This document shows, one piece after another, positions 1 to 13,264 of a stretch of 64,000 bases of DNA; within the stretch, counting starts at the first letter, position 1, and every line of letters begins with the position of its first letter. The DNA is from Paraspadella gotoi (Eukaryota > Animalia > Chaetognatha), in assembly GCA_051294375.1 (NCBI GenBank), contig CM119268.1, positions 6,705,232 through 6,769,231 of the forward strand. The letters are read 5' to 3'. A program made the position numbers and the translations under genes. A model generated the notes under the pieces. It made no database searches, had not been told where the DNA came from, and was given only the letters and a program-made list of their open reading frames with translations.

Positions 1-117
1 AAAATATAAAATAGACGTAAGGTAAGGAATAAAATAAGCTCATTTTTTTCAATTAAAACACTGGAAACGGATACACGGCAAAATTAATTGTATCCATTTT
101 AGCATCACAGAGGGAGA

Positions 118-3100
118 TCAGAGACGGCAGGTGTTGCTCCGGGAAGCTCTCGAGTTTCTTGTCGCTCTCGTCGACGGCGGCACGAAGCGAGAGTGGTTCG
201 ACTCGTTTCTTCGCCTGTTCGCCTTCCGGACATCTCGTTTTCGGGAGACGGAGTTAGGCGTCGTCGTGAGAGTCGTCGGGCGCTTGTTTTCGCCTCCAAC
301 GCCGCCACGGCTTCGCTTACGAGCGATACGGACAGGCGCGGGCGTGAAAGTTGGTGGGGTAACGCAGTTTCGATCGCGAAGACGACGCCGCGTCCAAATG
401 GACGATCTCGACTTCGTCCTAACGTTTTCCTCTTCGTTTTCTTCATCTTCGTCTCGTTCTTCTTCTCCTTCGTCCTCATCTTCTTCGTCCTCATCTTCTT
501 CTCCCTCGTCTTCTTCCTGGTCTTCTTCCTGGTCTTCTTCATTTTCCTCTCCATCTTCTTCTTCCTCTTCGAAAACGTCGTCTTCTTCATCGACCCTCTC
601 CTCGCATTTCGTCGTCCTTCGCACCCTACTCGTCGCCCTCCTACGGGGCAAAGATCTCCGCATGAGGTTATCGTTCTTATCCTTAACGGCCTCGTGTTCG
701 ACCTCGAGGCGCTTCTTCAGACTCTCAACCTCCCTGCGCAGTCTCTCGATCTCCGCGTCTCTCTTTTTAATCTCGACTCGAAGTGAGTTCAACTCTTTGC
801 TAAATTTGAGACGCTCTCTCTCCAGCGCGTCCTCTTTAGGGGGCGATGTCGACGACGTCGCTATTGGTTGAAACCTGACCCGTCGCCTGTTCGCCGCTTT
901 TTCCGCCACAATAACCACGTCGGCGTCGTCGTCTTCGTCGCAGTGGGTCGAGGTTGGCATTCGAGATCGAGATTCCGCTTCCGCGATGAAGCCAGAAGGG
1001 AGTTGGAATTGCTGCCGTCCATTACCCCTGGTTCTCAGGGTCATTTTGCCGAAACATGGAGTAATGGACGTCGGGGTGCTCTTGGGCGAAGGGGGGGGAT
1101 CGTTCGATGAGGGCCCGGTGGGAGCGTTATCTTTGGCATCATTGTGGGAGTTTGACGAGGATTTACGCTCTGCGTTTATAGAATAAAATTCAAAACGACT
1201 CACTGACGAGTTGTGTACGACATTGTTCGTTGAATGATAAATAGGTTTCCTGCAACGTCTACATGATTTTTCAGGCAATTTTTACCGTTTTTTCGTGAGG
1301 ATCTCGTGACACGAGTCGATCTCCGAACGGCCTCTGGTGTTGGGGTCGGGATTTCTGCGTTCTCTGCTGCTTTTGACGCAGAAGAAACTATAGACAAATT
1401 TAAAAACAATATTTTTTTCTCTCTGCTCACATTGAAAACGAAAACTCTTACCCTTTGAGGTTGGCGACGTCGCCTCTTCTTCCGACTGAGACCCCTTCCG
1501 CGATCGCAGCCGCTTCCTCCGCGGCGGCAGCGTTTCGCTTTCGTCGCTCGAATCTGTTCCGGTCGAAGGTGGTCTCTTCGGAGGTTCCCAAGGAGAGTCC
1601 TTTTCCGGGACCGGAGTGGGCGGCTTAACGTCCGGCGTCAAATTTTCCTCGTGGCGCTCCAACCGAACAACGATTTCGCGATCCAAGGGTGTAGAAGTTA
1701 CGAAGGGTGTGTCTGCCATTGGCGAGTGGATCGGAGTAATGTCGGTGATGGTGGAAGTAGGTCCTCTCACTGGAGTGGCGAAGCGGGTAGGCAAGCGTGG
1801 GACGGCAAAGGCGAAGTCAGGCTCGGAAACCCGCTTTACAGGAGTCGAAGTCACCTGCAAAAAAATGAGGTCCAAGTGTGATCTATATATATAATCAATC
1901 GGTTTAGTAAGTTTTAAATGAAAAAAACCCTCGACCTGACAAGCTATACTCCTCAGGGCAACAGGTTCGATTTCTTCTTCCGATTCGCTGTTCGAATCCT
2001 TAATAGATGATGCGGAAACTTCGGGGTCTTCATTTTCATCCAGATTCAATTCCTCGCTGAGTTCGTCCAAACGGGCGTAGACCGTCTGAAGATCAGTTTC
2101 GCGGTAGGGAAGCTTTTTCAACATTGACACAACGATAGTCTCGAGTGAATCCGGGATTCGGCCGGCAAACTGACAAGTATAACGCAAAAGTAAATTAGTA
2201 TAAGTGGAAAAGTGTCATTGAAAGGCCATTCTGATCAGCGGTTTCCCTCCCTTCTTTCAAACACATAAAAGTAAATTAAGTATGTAAAATTGGTACAATC
2301 GATATAAAAAGTATTCATTCATTCAATAAACAAGATATGGTGAATCCTTTTTACAACTTACTAACATAGCAATGCCCTGCAAGCTTTCAATCAAGACTCT
2401 CACGCAATTTAATTAACTTCTTGAGTGCTTGGCTTCTCTATCAATGAAGTTATATATTACAAATTACATATTCAAGTTAATAAAAGTTAGATGATGAATC
2501 TTCACGAAAGTTTCTTCCCGACATACCTGAGGATGAAAGTGAATTTTCGCCTTGTTATAAAGGGACCTCCCAGTGCTCCCGTTCTCTTTGAGTCGGTGAA
2601 TGTGCGACATGATTCCTTGAAGGCTTGACATAGCGTTGAGATCGAAGAGCAAAACCATGAAGGAGATGCCGAGGGAGAAGACGTCCGCCTGGACCGAGTA
2701 CGGTTTCTCGGCCCACATTTCGGGAGCGTGGAACCCTTTTTTAACGACGCACATTAAAGTAGCGCGATGTAATAAGACCTTTCGAGACATTTAGTCGTTT
2801 TGTCACTACCTTCGGTGCCGACGATCGATTCCAAACTCATGTTGCCCTCGACGAGCTTCTGTCCCATGCCGAGGTCGATAAGTTTTATTTTAACATCAAC
2901 CATGTCTCCCGACACATCGGCGCGGACAATCTCTTTAACAATCACGTTCTGAGGCTTGACGTCGCGATGCACGATGACCGGATCCCCGCTGTGCAGATGG
3001 TGCAGGGCGCGGGCCCAATGAGCCATGATCTTGACGCGTACCGCGAGCGGAGGTTTTTCGATGGTCATTAATTCCAGAAGATTGCAGAGACCCCGTTCCA

Positions 3101-3598
3101 TCACGATTCCTATGTCGAGAGAAAGCGAAATATATTTTTTATTGAAAAAAACAGAATGGCAAGGCCAACGAAGGTCACCTAATTCATAAAGCTCTTTGTT
3201 GGACCGTAATCTCTTTTGCGACGGAAGCATGACCACGCCGTAGATCTTGAGCACGCTTTCGGCGATGGGGTCATTACCCAGGCTCATCAATTCAACTTCT
3301 TGGAGAAGATAAACTAGCAACTTGGGGTCGGTGTTGGTTATTGTTTTCAAAGCCGCAGGCTCCAGGATTCCGTGGTATCTGACCTGACAGTGCTGTACCA
3401 CACCCTCTTTGCCGCCTGGGAGAAATAGAGTGGAATTAAAACTTTCGCGACAAAAAATAATGACTAATGGGCTTGCTTACCGCCGATTATGTCGCCGGGG
3501 ATTACGTCTTCCTGGTCGAACACGACCAAAGTATGACCTGCGTCGCGGACACGATCCACCAGGTCCTGGATAATCGCGGACAAGTGGCTCTCCTCCAT
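118..3598 (-). CDS. Divergent protein kinase with long disordered, coiled-coil and acidic C-terminal extension (8 exons, roughly 880 aa)
   Basis: Spliced reading from ATG 3598 (MEESHLSAIIQDL...): Gly loop IGGGKEGVV, AALK lysine, QEVELM alphaC Glu, HRDVKPQN, IDLG, GTEGFHAPE, QADVFSLG. GT-AG introns join ORFs 2754-3401, 2464-2790, 1282-2187, exon 1387-1286 and ORF 118-1278; the two 3'-most junctions are both phase 1. The tail has a predicted coiled coil (LERERLKFSKELNSLRVEIKKRDAEIERLRREVESLKKRLE) and an E/D tract. Confidence 0.8.
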
Positions 3599-3814
3599 CC
3601 CGAATCCAGAGTCGATCAGACAGGAAAGTGGATTAAATCCAAAGTTAGTTCATTCTACTACAATCAATCTTGATGATTTGAGGATAACGGCAGAATTCAT
3701 AAAAAAGTTAACAAATAGTGAAAAAAAAAACTGATAAGCTTTTTTATTAGACAGCTTATGTCAAAGAAACGAACGAACGTCAGAGGTAAGGTAAGGTCAA
3801 GAGTTTCTTCTTCA

Positions 3815-6800
3815 CTAGGGTAATATTTCTCGAGTTTCGTGGTAGTTTTCGTAGAATTTGACCAGATCCTGGCCGACTTGAGGCTTGACGGACTCGAGGG
3901 CTTCTTCGAAATGCCGGCCACATATCTTGGCCGCTTCGATATTTTCGGCTAGGCTGGCCAATGCCGCTTCGTGAGCCACGGCAACAATTTCCGCACCAGA
4001 ATATCCGCTCGTTTGACGGACCAGCGCCTCAAGATCAACAGTTGCCGCATCAAGAGGCATCTTTGAAAAGCGAAGTTGGAAGATGTCGCGACGGGTGGCA
4101 GCGTCGGGGAGAGGGACGTATAGAAGGCGATCCATGCGTCCAGGGCGAAGCAACGCCTTGTCCACCAAGTCAGGCCGGTTGGTAGCAGCAATTACTGTCA
4201 CGCCGTCCAACTAAGAAAATAGGAATAGTATCAATAGTATCAATAGTTTTTTTCTAACATAAATTAAAGTAGTTCTTAGCTTTCTTTTCAACCTGTTGAA
4301 CCCCATCCATTTCCGTGAGCATTTGAGCAAGTACCCTGTCGCCTACTCCTCCGCCTCCCCCCTTTCCGCCTTTTCCTCCTCTCTCTACGGCCAAGGCTTC
4401 AATTTCGTCGAAGAAGATGATGGCGGGCGCCGCAGCGCGTGCACGGCGAAAGATGTCACGAACGGCGCGTTCACTCTCTCCAACAAACTTGTCGAAAAGT
4501 TCCGGTCCTGAATTAGAGCCCCAGCGTGGATGAATTAGGATATTTATTGATTTCAATGGTTCCAAATAATCCACCTTTCACGGATAAAAAGTTAAGCCCA
4601 GATTCGTTGGCCAAAGCTTTGGCAATCATAGTTTTGCTGCATCCCGGAGGGCCGTACATGAGAAGGCCGCGGGGAGGAGAAATTCCCATCCGAAAAAAAG
4701 CTTCCGGATGCTTGAGGGGCCATTCGACGGCTTGCTTAAGCTTCTTCTTCAAATCGTGTTGTCCTAATAACAAAGACGAGTGAAAGCTTGAAAAAAAAAA
4801 AAAACTTTTCAGTCAAGCAAATTACCTCCGATGTCGTCCCACTTCACGTTGGGAACTTGAATTGTTACTTCCTTCATGGCAGAAGGATGATAGTCTTTCA
4901 TCGCTGACTTAATGTCCTCAAATTGGAGACAAGTCGCTTCCAAATCGGCGCCACTCTTCTGACTGGCTCGATTCAACGTCGCCAGAGCAGCCTTTTGACA
5001 AAGCGCAGCCAAATCTGCGCCGACATAGCCGTGTGTCGAGTAGGCGATTTCTTTCATTCCTTTCTCTTCCATGTTGTGTCGAGCACCACGGAGAAGGACC
5101 TAGGGCGGGGAGAATCCCGTCGTCGGTTTTACCGAATATTTTATGACCCAGCGATCGTTGAACAACCTACCCTCAATATATCAAGCCTGGCGTCTGGCGA
5201 GGGAACGGGAATTTCCACTTCTCGATCGAATCGACCTTGCCGCCGAAGAGAAGGATCGATTCCCTCCAAACGGTTGGTCACTCCCAACAACAGCACTAGA
5301 CAACATAAACGAAATGTAAACAAATCTGCTTTTTCATGACTGCATAATAGCTAACGTTAGCGTACCAATTCCTACCCTTTCCGCCGCTTCCTTCCAATTC
5401 GTCGATCTTTTCTATCAAGCAGGCGAGAAGCCTTCGATCGGATTCCGCCTTTTCTTTCTTTGCGCAAATGGAGTCAAGATTATCGAGAACGACGACAGAG
5501 GGAGCACATGTGACGGCCATTTGAAAGATTTCGCCCAGTTTAGTCTCTGAATCTCCCAAGAATTTTGACCAAAGGTCCGATCCTAGTGGTGAATAAAAAT
5601 ATTAATTGCAGATCCACTATTTTACACAACTTTTGCCATAATTCTAATATTTTCTGACCTTTAACCTTGATGACGTGACAGCGAGTTTCGCCGAGAACGG
5701 CGTCGACCAGCATAGTCTTGCCAGTGCCGGTGGGACCATACACGATGATGCCGCGAGGCGGCGCGACGCCCATGGCACGAAGGGCATCGGCTCGGGTCAG
5801 GGGGATTCCCACTAGATCCCGCAGCTCGGTAATCTTATCGTCCACTCCGCCCAAGTCGGCGCAAGTGACGGAGGGAACCTGAGAAAAAAAAGTGGAATGA
5901 GAGGACAGCAAAATCATTGACCCGCAGTCGCTCACCTGTTTTTCTTCTATTTCCTCNNNNNNNNNNGAGAGGAGAGCAAAATCATTGACCCACAGTCGCT
6001 CACCTGTCTTTCTTCTATTTCCTCTTCATCGTCCGCAGCCAAAATTTCCAGCTTCGTTCCGCCCGAAACGAAAAAAAAATCCTTCTCCCGCGGCGACAGG
6101 CTGTCGGCAAGGACAACGCTTTGTCAGCAAGGTTCGAATTTGAAGCGTTGTCATTCTTCGGCGTTGAACAGGTGCTCCGGCCGTAGTACAGTCACTTGGG
6201 GGAAGGTCCAAATTTTCGAAATCCAACGTCAGCTTGACGAGACTGGCTTCCAACTGATGATCTTTTTCGTGAGAGTTGATTTCAGCGACTTGAGTGGAGA
6301 GGGGAAGAATTCTATCGTAGTATTAACTCAAATTTGAAAAAAAAAACTCTTTCTGATTAACGGCAAAAATACCTACGAAAGTAATCTCTTGGCCGAAGTA
6401 TTTGACGGGGAGTTTGCTGCCTACGGCCAAACATCTCCCGCTAACGTCACGCCTGACGAAATTGACGAAGGCCGCGGACTTGACAATACCCTTCTTCTTC
6501 GACGTTAAAAGTTTCATTACAATTCGTTCCGCCTCGTCGACGCAATCGGTCAAGGAGGACACGCGAATTCTCCGCTCTGATCGTTGCTTGACAACGCCTA
6601 GGATTTTCTTGGTTTCATCCGCCAAAACAACGCCGAATTGTGCGACCGTCTCCGATGGCCAAGCAGTGCAGACAACTCCGACGTCTCCCGCGTCGACCAT
6701 GCTGACGTGGACTCTGTCGCCGATTCCCATCTGGCAAATCGTCATCGTTGCGGGATGGAGCAAGACCAAGTCGCCCTGCTTCGGGTGCGGTGGAAGATCG

Positions 6801-7075
6801 AGGTTGCTCTTAGCAGGCTTTTTGAGCGCCGCCCACAAGCTTCCGTCGGAATGGAGAAAGCCGTAGCATGAAGGTGAAGCGGAAACGTTGAGTCGCGAGG
6901 TGCTGAGAGAGAAAGAATCGTCAGACCGTCCGTTCTTTGCCGCCGGCGACACGGGATCCAAGGAGGCGACGCATTCGGCATCGTGTTTCCCTGCGTCTGT
7001 TACGTGAAGTGTCCAGCCACATCGAACGCATTTTTGAACGTCGCTTTTAGCGGAAACTTTGCTTCGGGGGGCCAT
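3815..7075 (-). CDS. SPATA5: SPATA5/AFG2A (Drg1-like) double AAA+ ATPase, ribosome biogenesis
   Basis: Two AAA modules: D1 Walker [10 protein letters not shown]2 GPPGCSKT (typical of the SPATA5/Afg2 family), D2 Walker [32 protein letters not shown]; [13 protein letters not shown]; N-terminal C-x2-C...H...C motif and CDC48-like N domain. Multi-exon, with one assembly gap at 5958-5966. Confidence 0.9.
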
Positions 7076-7182
7076 TTTAAAATCGATTTGATCACGTCTA
7101 AGTTCATATTACATTACTTAAACAAGCAAAAACGAAATTTAGTATTATCAATGGATACGAATCGACGTCAAGCAACAACAAT

Positions 7183-7857
7183 TCAAACACGCTTGTTTAC
7201 TTTGACCATGCTTCTAGACACGTATCGAGTCATTTCGTCCTGAGTGACGTCGTAGGTGGGGTACTGGTCATGTGGACCAGCAAAAAAATTATCGAAAAGC
7301 AACTTTCGTTTTCTATTCCGCATTGCTTCCTGAAAGATTACAAAACATAAAAAATATTAAAGATTTCAACTCGAGATTTATATTTCTAAAATTTAAAACT
7401 AAATGTTACAAAAGTCCAACTATAGTTTATGGTTGCTTCGATTCAAAATTTAAGTCTTTGCATTAGATTCAGAAAAACTAAGCATTAGCCTAATGAATAC
7501 CTGGATCCGGAACATGTGTCTCTGTTTATGCTTGGGAAACTTTCTGCACTCGACGTGTAGACGTCCCTCGCGCATAATAAAAAAACAATCTTTGCATCGT
7601 CTAGTGAGCCGCATGTAGGAATGGTAGCATCGGACAAACTGAGTCGTCCGACATGGCGATTGATTGCTGGAAAAAACCCCGCGATCTGACGGGGCGTTTT
7701 GCAGAGCCGGATATGGCAAAATGGTTGGCGGGGCGTGTACAGCAATGGCACTAGACAAGCGGGATGGACAAGGTGAGCTGACGAAAGGCGAGAGAAAAGA
7801 AGATAATCCGGAGAAGGAAGGAAGTCTTAGAAAAAACGCGCTTTTAAATCGATTCAT
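7183..7857 (-). CDS. MRPL36: Mitochondrial ribosomal protein bL36m (exons 7857-7501 and 7329-7183, 167 aa)
   Basis: Arg/Ser/Phe-rich presequence-like N-terminus, then the L36 zinc ribbon RRCKDCFFIMREGRLHVECRKFPKHKQRH. Donor CAG|GTATTC at 7500 and acceptor TTTCAG at 7330 give a stop-free 48-aa second exon. If unspliced the ORF would end at 7450. Confidence 0.85.
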
Positions 7858-8121
7858 ATTTGAACACAAAAGTTGGATTTGGAAACGGGATGAAACGAAT
7901 CTGGCAAAATAGAAGAGCACGGAGAGAGGATTCGGGTAGAAAAAAACGACTCGGATTAGTTCGTAGAAATCCGAAGACACCTACCCTTACCCTGTTGAAA
8001 ATCAGTCGCCGCAATTTTATCGAACAAATAAATTCCCGACGATAAAAAACAACGAAATTAAATAAAATAAAAAAAAACCACATAAGGTCATCGAGAGTTA
8101 TCACATGTCAGAGAGGCGCAT

Positions 8122-8599
8122 TTATAGAGCGTCTCGATCCCTTAAGCTTTCTTGTTCTTGTTTCAATTCCTCGTCTATCCGCTCCTTGGCACGAAACACT
8201 TTCGATTGAAGGTAGAAGGAGCCCCCCTTAGTTTTCTCGTTCATCTCGAAGAGTCGTTGGAACGAGGCTTCCAGTTTCTCGACGTCGTTAATGTCTTCAA
8301 TATTTAATATTTTCGTGGCTTCCTCTAAGGTCATTCCTGAGATGGCGTTGGCTGGAGAAAATGTAATAAATGTATATTTTTTTTTCCCGTTGGAATAGGC
8401 GTATACGTACTACTACAAAATAAGAATGCATAAATCACTCACTGGCGGCGCTTTTGTTGGGGTCATGCCCACTATTGTTCCGTCGATTGCTGGCGGCGGC
8501 GCGACTCTTAGCGATTTCCTCTCGCAAAGCCTTTGAAAAGGCGCGACCGACGATCTGCACCCCGGCAGTCACGATTTGCGCTATTAATTTTCCGGCCAT
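8122..8599 (-). CDS. PAM16: PAM16/TIM16/Magmas mitochondrial import motor subunit (2 exons)
   Basis: MAGKLIAQIVTAGVQIVGRAFSKALREEIAKSRAAA...; exon 2 GMTLEEATKILNI...LFEMNEKTKGGSFYLQSKVFRAKERIDEEL, which contains the GGSFYLQSKV signature. Confidence 0.95.
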
Positions 8600-10681
8600 T
8601 TAAAAGACTGCAACGGTAGATGAGAGCCGGTCGTGCTTTATTATATTTATTTTCAGTTTTTCGTCTCAAACGTCATTTTGAAATAGTACGTAATTTCTAA
8701 CTAAATACTTGAAATAAGAAAGACTATCATATATACAATAAGTATTAGCAAAGCAAAAGAGGCGCCAAAATAGTACATATCAGTAAATATTAACTAAAAT
8801 GAGACAATGGTGAAAACGTATCACATTTACCAATTCTTTAGCTAAAAGCGGAAACAATCGACCAACAATATTATCAAGTGATATTATACTATATTATAAA
8901 AAAACTTGTGTTGGACTAGGAAAACAAACTTTATCATTCAAGAGATTCTTTGTCAAAATATGGTTAAGTCTTAAGGGAGGCCTTAGAACTAAAGAGCTTA
9001 AGGGAAGGACAGCTCCATAATATTACCATAATTACGTAAAAAGTAAAAACTCATTTATCTCGGCGAATGTCCTACCCTTGGTACAAATTTCTAAATTTAA
9101 AAGTGAAAATATGTATTACCTAACCTTAATCCGTTTTTGACGGCAATATATGTGCACCTGTTATAGCAGCAGTTATTTATTTTTAAATTACACCTGCTTT
9201 AATTGTTCTAATAAAAGTTACAATATACTTTAAACAGTATAAAAATTTAATTTTTTAAAATAGAAATAGAAAAAATAAAACATGACAAGCACTAATTGCT
9301 TCAATTATGCAAAATTTTTAACATACAAGAAATATAATAGTTATCATCCTCACTTATTGTTCACCCGAATGATACTTAAATCTACAATATCATGCATATC
9401 GCAAGAAAGTTTCTGGAGTTTCTGGATCTTCCAAATAGAAATGAGAAGAAATCAGGAAATATTGCGATAGAAGTTACTCAAGAAGCGGAAATTAATGGAC
9501 AAGTTAATGAAAAACATATTTTATATTCACATCGATCCCATAAGCACCAAACCAAGCGTAGTGACATAATAACCCGGGGATATCTTTTGATCAATGATTA
9601 AGGGAATGGGATAATGCGGAGCAAAGAATTCGGTATTCAATACTCGTGTTAACACTGTCAAAAGGTTAAATTATTACCATAAGAAATATTTCATTCATCC
9701 TAGTAAAATGAGCAGTTCCTAATAATAGTCCACTTTCTTTAACAAATAGCTAGACTATTTATTGAATCCAAAGAACCGTTTATATTTTTCTATGAATAAA
9801 TGAATAAATTTATCGAGTAGAACGAGGAGCACGAGATTTATTATAATAACTATTAACTATGGAAAAACGAACTGAACGGTTGAAACAAAAGACTTATAGG
9901 ACGGAAATAGGAAACTTGGTCACAAAGCAATCTCGTCCACGGCTATCCAAAGTTAAAATATAATTATTTAGGAGCAAATTCACTAATTATTTCTTTTTAT
10001 AAAAAGATTTTTTTTATTTAGAAATTATGACTCACGACAATTTTTTATCATTTGTGTTATTCAAGAACATATTTTTTGAGAAAATGTTTTCACTTTTAAT
10101 CTAAAATAATTTTAATGTAAAAATTAAGGTTAAACTGATTGCCACCGAAAAATCCCATAATTTTTTATAAATATTCTTTAGTTAAATAAAATAAGTTTAA
10201 AAATTTACTAAATTAATTCATTCATACATACTCGAAAAAAGTGATAACAGTAGGATTGCCAATGCTATGAGGGTGGATTGACATAGCAGAGTTTCCCCAA
10301 CTTACAGGTATTGGCCAAGTGTTATCCAGAGGTGAGACGCCAAGACGGTATTGATTATGTAGAAGCTCATGGCTAATAATGCCGTTAAAATGTTTTTTAC
10401 GAAGCTTATTCAGGCTCCACATTGATGTTATTACTAATTAAGGTAATTTTACGGTGTCATCAGTAATTCATAGGACACGGATACAAACTCAAATTTCGCA
10501 TAGCCGAAGACAATTGCATGATTTTTATTGCGCCAAGGTTAGAGTGTTTAACTTTGTGGAACACCCTTACATTGGATTTGAGTACCGGCGAAAAAACTAA
10601 GACGGATTAGAGGTTTTTCCAGTTTTTATCCCTCATTGACGTCCGGGAGATGTGAACGAAGACACAAGATTCCATCAAAGC

Positions 10682-13264
10682 TCAAGAATTGCTATTGCTC
10701 CTATGCGGATCTGAAACCCCGCCTTTAAAACCTCCTCTGGGCGAGTCGCGCGGGTTCTTTTTCGCCTTGGCCACGCGAGAATCGGTTTCTGGTCCAGGCA
10801 GAGCCGAGGTAGTCGGAGGCGGTGTGCGGTGCAGTCCGTTCTCATTTCCCAGAAGGCGATCCACGCACGTTTCCACGTCCACGGAAGGCTCTAGGCACAG
10901 AGCGTGACGAATAATCTCGGCGAGGAGGACCTCTGAAAGGAAGAGAAAAGGATAATGTCAAATGAAAGTATGAAGGCAAGAAAAAAAAAACCGATCCCTC
11001 GTAGCAAATTCCACGAACGGAAAAATTTGCTTACCCGTGAATCCCTTGTTAGAAGCCTCTGCGACGGCGAAAGCCTCTCTCAGATCAGAGACGGCCGCCG
11101 AAACCTGCAGCGACATCTTCATCGAGGGCTTGGAGGAAAGGGAAGAGGCGACGGCACCTGAGGCCGTTGACGCGGAACCGACGCCGGAGGGCACCACTCC
11201 AGCGCCGGTCGTTGGAAGAGGATGCGTATATTGATGAGCGACTGTGGAAGAAGGCGCTGCGGGTGACGTAGATGGCGCCGCCGCTATCTGCTGGTGCTTA
11301 GCAGAGATGTCCAGCAGCAGCGGCGTCACTGTGGATATGAAGGCAGATTTCGACGGTTGCGGCGGTTGACCGTCGTCATCATGGGTTGCCTGAATAATCA
11401 ATATACTCCATTTGTTAATGTTCCGGCGAATAACGAAAGCACCTATCGTACCTGTGCCACGTTGACGTTCGATAGTTGTTTTGCTCCTGAGGCGGTTGCA
11501 GGATCTTTCGAGGCTGCTACGCCGATTTCCTTGGAGGTGTTACCTAATTCGCTGGATATCGTGGCTCGAGCGGCAGACGGCGGCGCAAATGAAGACGAAG
11601 AAACAACGCCATCTCCGTTTGGCGTTCGAGACCGCGCTCCAACGCCGTTGGAACTCTTCGCTGTGGCGTCGTCATCGGCGTTCCACGCTTCTTTACGTTT
11701 AACAGTCTTTTGACGTTCTTTTCCCGTGTTTTGGGAGTTGCCGTCGATCAAGTGAACACCGTCCGCATCTAACGCGGACACCAACCCCAGCGACTTGGGA
11801 TCTTTGATAGTCGGATAATCCCAAGAACCTTCGGAGCGCACCGTACCTACCATTAAAATAAATATTCAATCAAAGAATTTTTTAGCATAAGCATTAAGAG
11901 TTACTCAATAATCATATCTGGTTTACCTCGACCGTTTTCATCATCCTCGTCTTCTGAGCTGGAGGACTCGTCTTGTCCCCCGCCGGCCGCTCTCCATCGC
12001 TTGCATCTCTCCACTAACTCCGTCAAATACGACGTCTTCTTAGCAGTTTTCCCTATTTAGAATACAGCTGGTCAGTTTGAGTCCTAGGTTCTTATATTAG
12101 AATGGGTCAAAATGAAAACATTTTGCTTAATATTAAAAACTAACGAATAAATTGATGTTGCAAAAGCTCCCTGGCAGTTGGTCGGTTGGCCGGGTCTTTA
12201 TTCAGACACACTTCTACGAATTCCCGAAAGGCTGAGCGTTAAATTAAATTATTAGTTTGAAAAAGAATCTAATTCACAAGGCTTCGAGTACTATGATTTC
12301 ACAACCTTTTGAAAAATTTCCCGTCAGCGGAGGCGGATTATTTTTAGTGATGAGGAAAAGAACTCTCATGGGATGAAAATCGGAATAAGGAGGTTCTCCT
12401 AAAAGAATATCACCATCATATAAATTCGAAATAAACGGTTTTTACAAAATTTTACCTTTTGCGAGTTCGATAGCCGTAATGCCCAAAGACCATATGTCGG
12501 CTTTGGAATCGTAATTGCTCTGCAAATTAAAAACGAGATGTTTCAGAAATAGCCTGGAAAGAAATGGAATTATTGATATATAAAGATGTAAGTAAAATAC
12601 CTGCTTTATAACCTCCGGCGCCATCCAAAAAGGAGTCCCTACGAAAGTATTGCGTTTTGAGGTCGTGTTGGTCAACTGCGCGGCGACGCCAAAGTCAGCC
12701 AGTTTGACTTGGCCAGTTTCGCTGATCAACACGTTTGCCGCCTTCACGTCGCGGTGAAGCGTATTCTCGCCGTGGAGATACTCCAGGCCTTTCAACACTT
12801 CCCGTAAGATTGTCGCGATAAAGACTTCCTCGAAAGAACCTAAGAGACCCATAGTATATAAATAAATATATATAAATATATAAATACAAGAAAGCATAGA
12901 CCGAAATCAAACTGAATAACTTACCCGGTTTCATCAAGTCCAAGGCACTGCCACCTCCGAGATATTCCATGATGATCCATAGTTTGGTCTCTTTCAGATA
13001 GGACCCGTAGTACTTGGTGACGTAGGGCGAATCACATTGGCTAAGAACGGTGATTTCTTGCTGAATGTCTTCGATCTCGTCCTCGGCCTCCTCCAAGTCG
13101 ATGATTTTTATGGCGACAACGTGCTTGGTGTTGTTGTCGATCCCTTTGAAAACCTCTCCGAAACTTCCTTTCCCGATCCGTTCTAGCTTGGTGTACAGAA
13201 TTTCCGGATCTTGATTGTACGCTTTCACTCCTAAGGAGGTTCCGTTAGAGGCGGAAGAAGCCAT
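10682..13264 (-). CDS. STK24/25/26: GCK-III subfamily Ste20-like kinase (MST3/MST4/YSK1 co-ortholog)
   Basis: [102 protein letters not shown]. The C-terminal segment [24 protein letters not shown] resembles the CCM3/PDCD10-binding dimerisation region. About 9 exons. Confidence 0.95.

Noticed and set aside
105-871. Overlapping alternative-frame and antisense ORFs (poly-Ser, Phe-rich, Lys/Arg-rich)
   Set aside because: They are shadows of the acidic GAA/GAC-rich tail of the kinase.
5900-6024. ~57-nt direct repeat within SPATA5
   Set aside because: The two copies directly flank a 9-N gap and duplicate the same exon-intron boundary, so this is a contig overlap artefact.
9282-10422. Short ORFs between PAM16 and the GCK-III gene
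   Set aside because: No motifs or consistent exon structure. Possibly decayed repeat DNA, but I cannot support a call.
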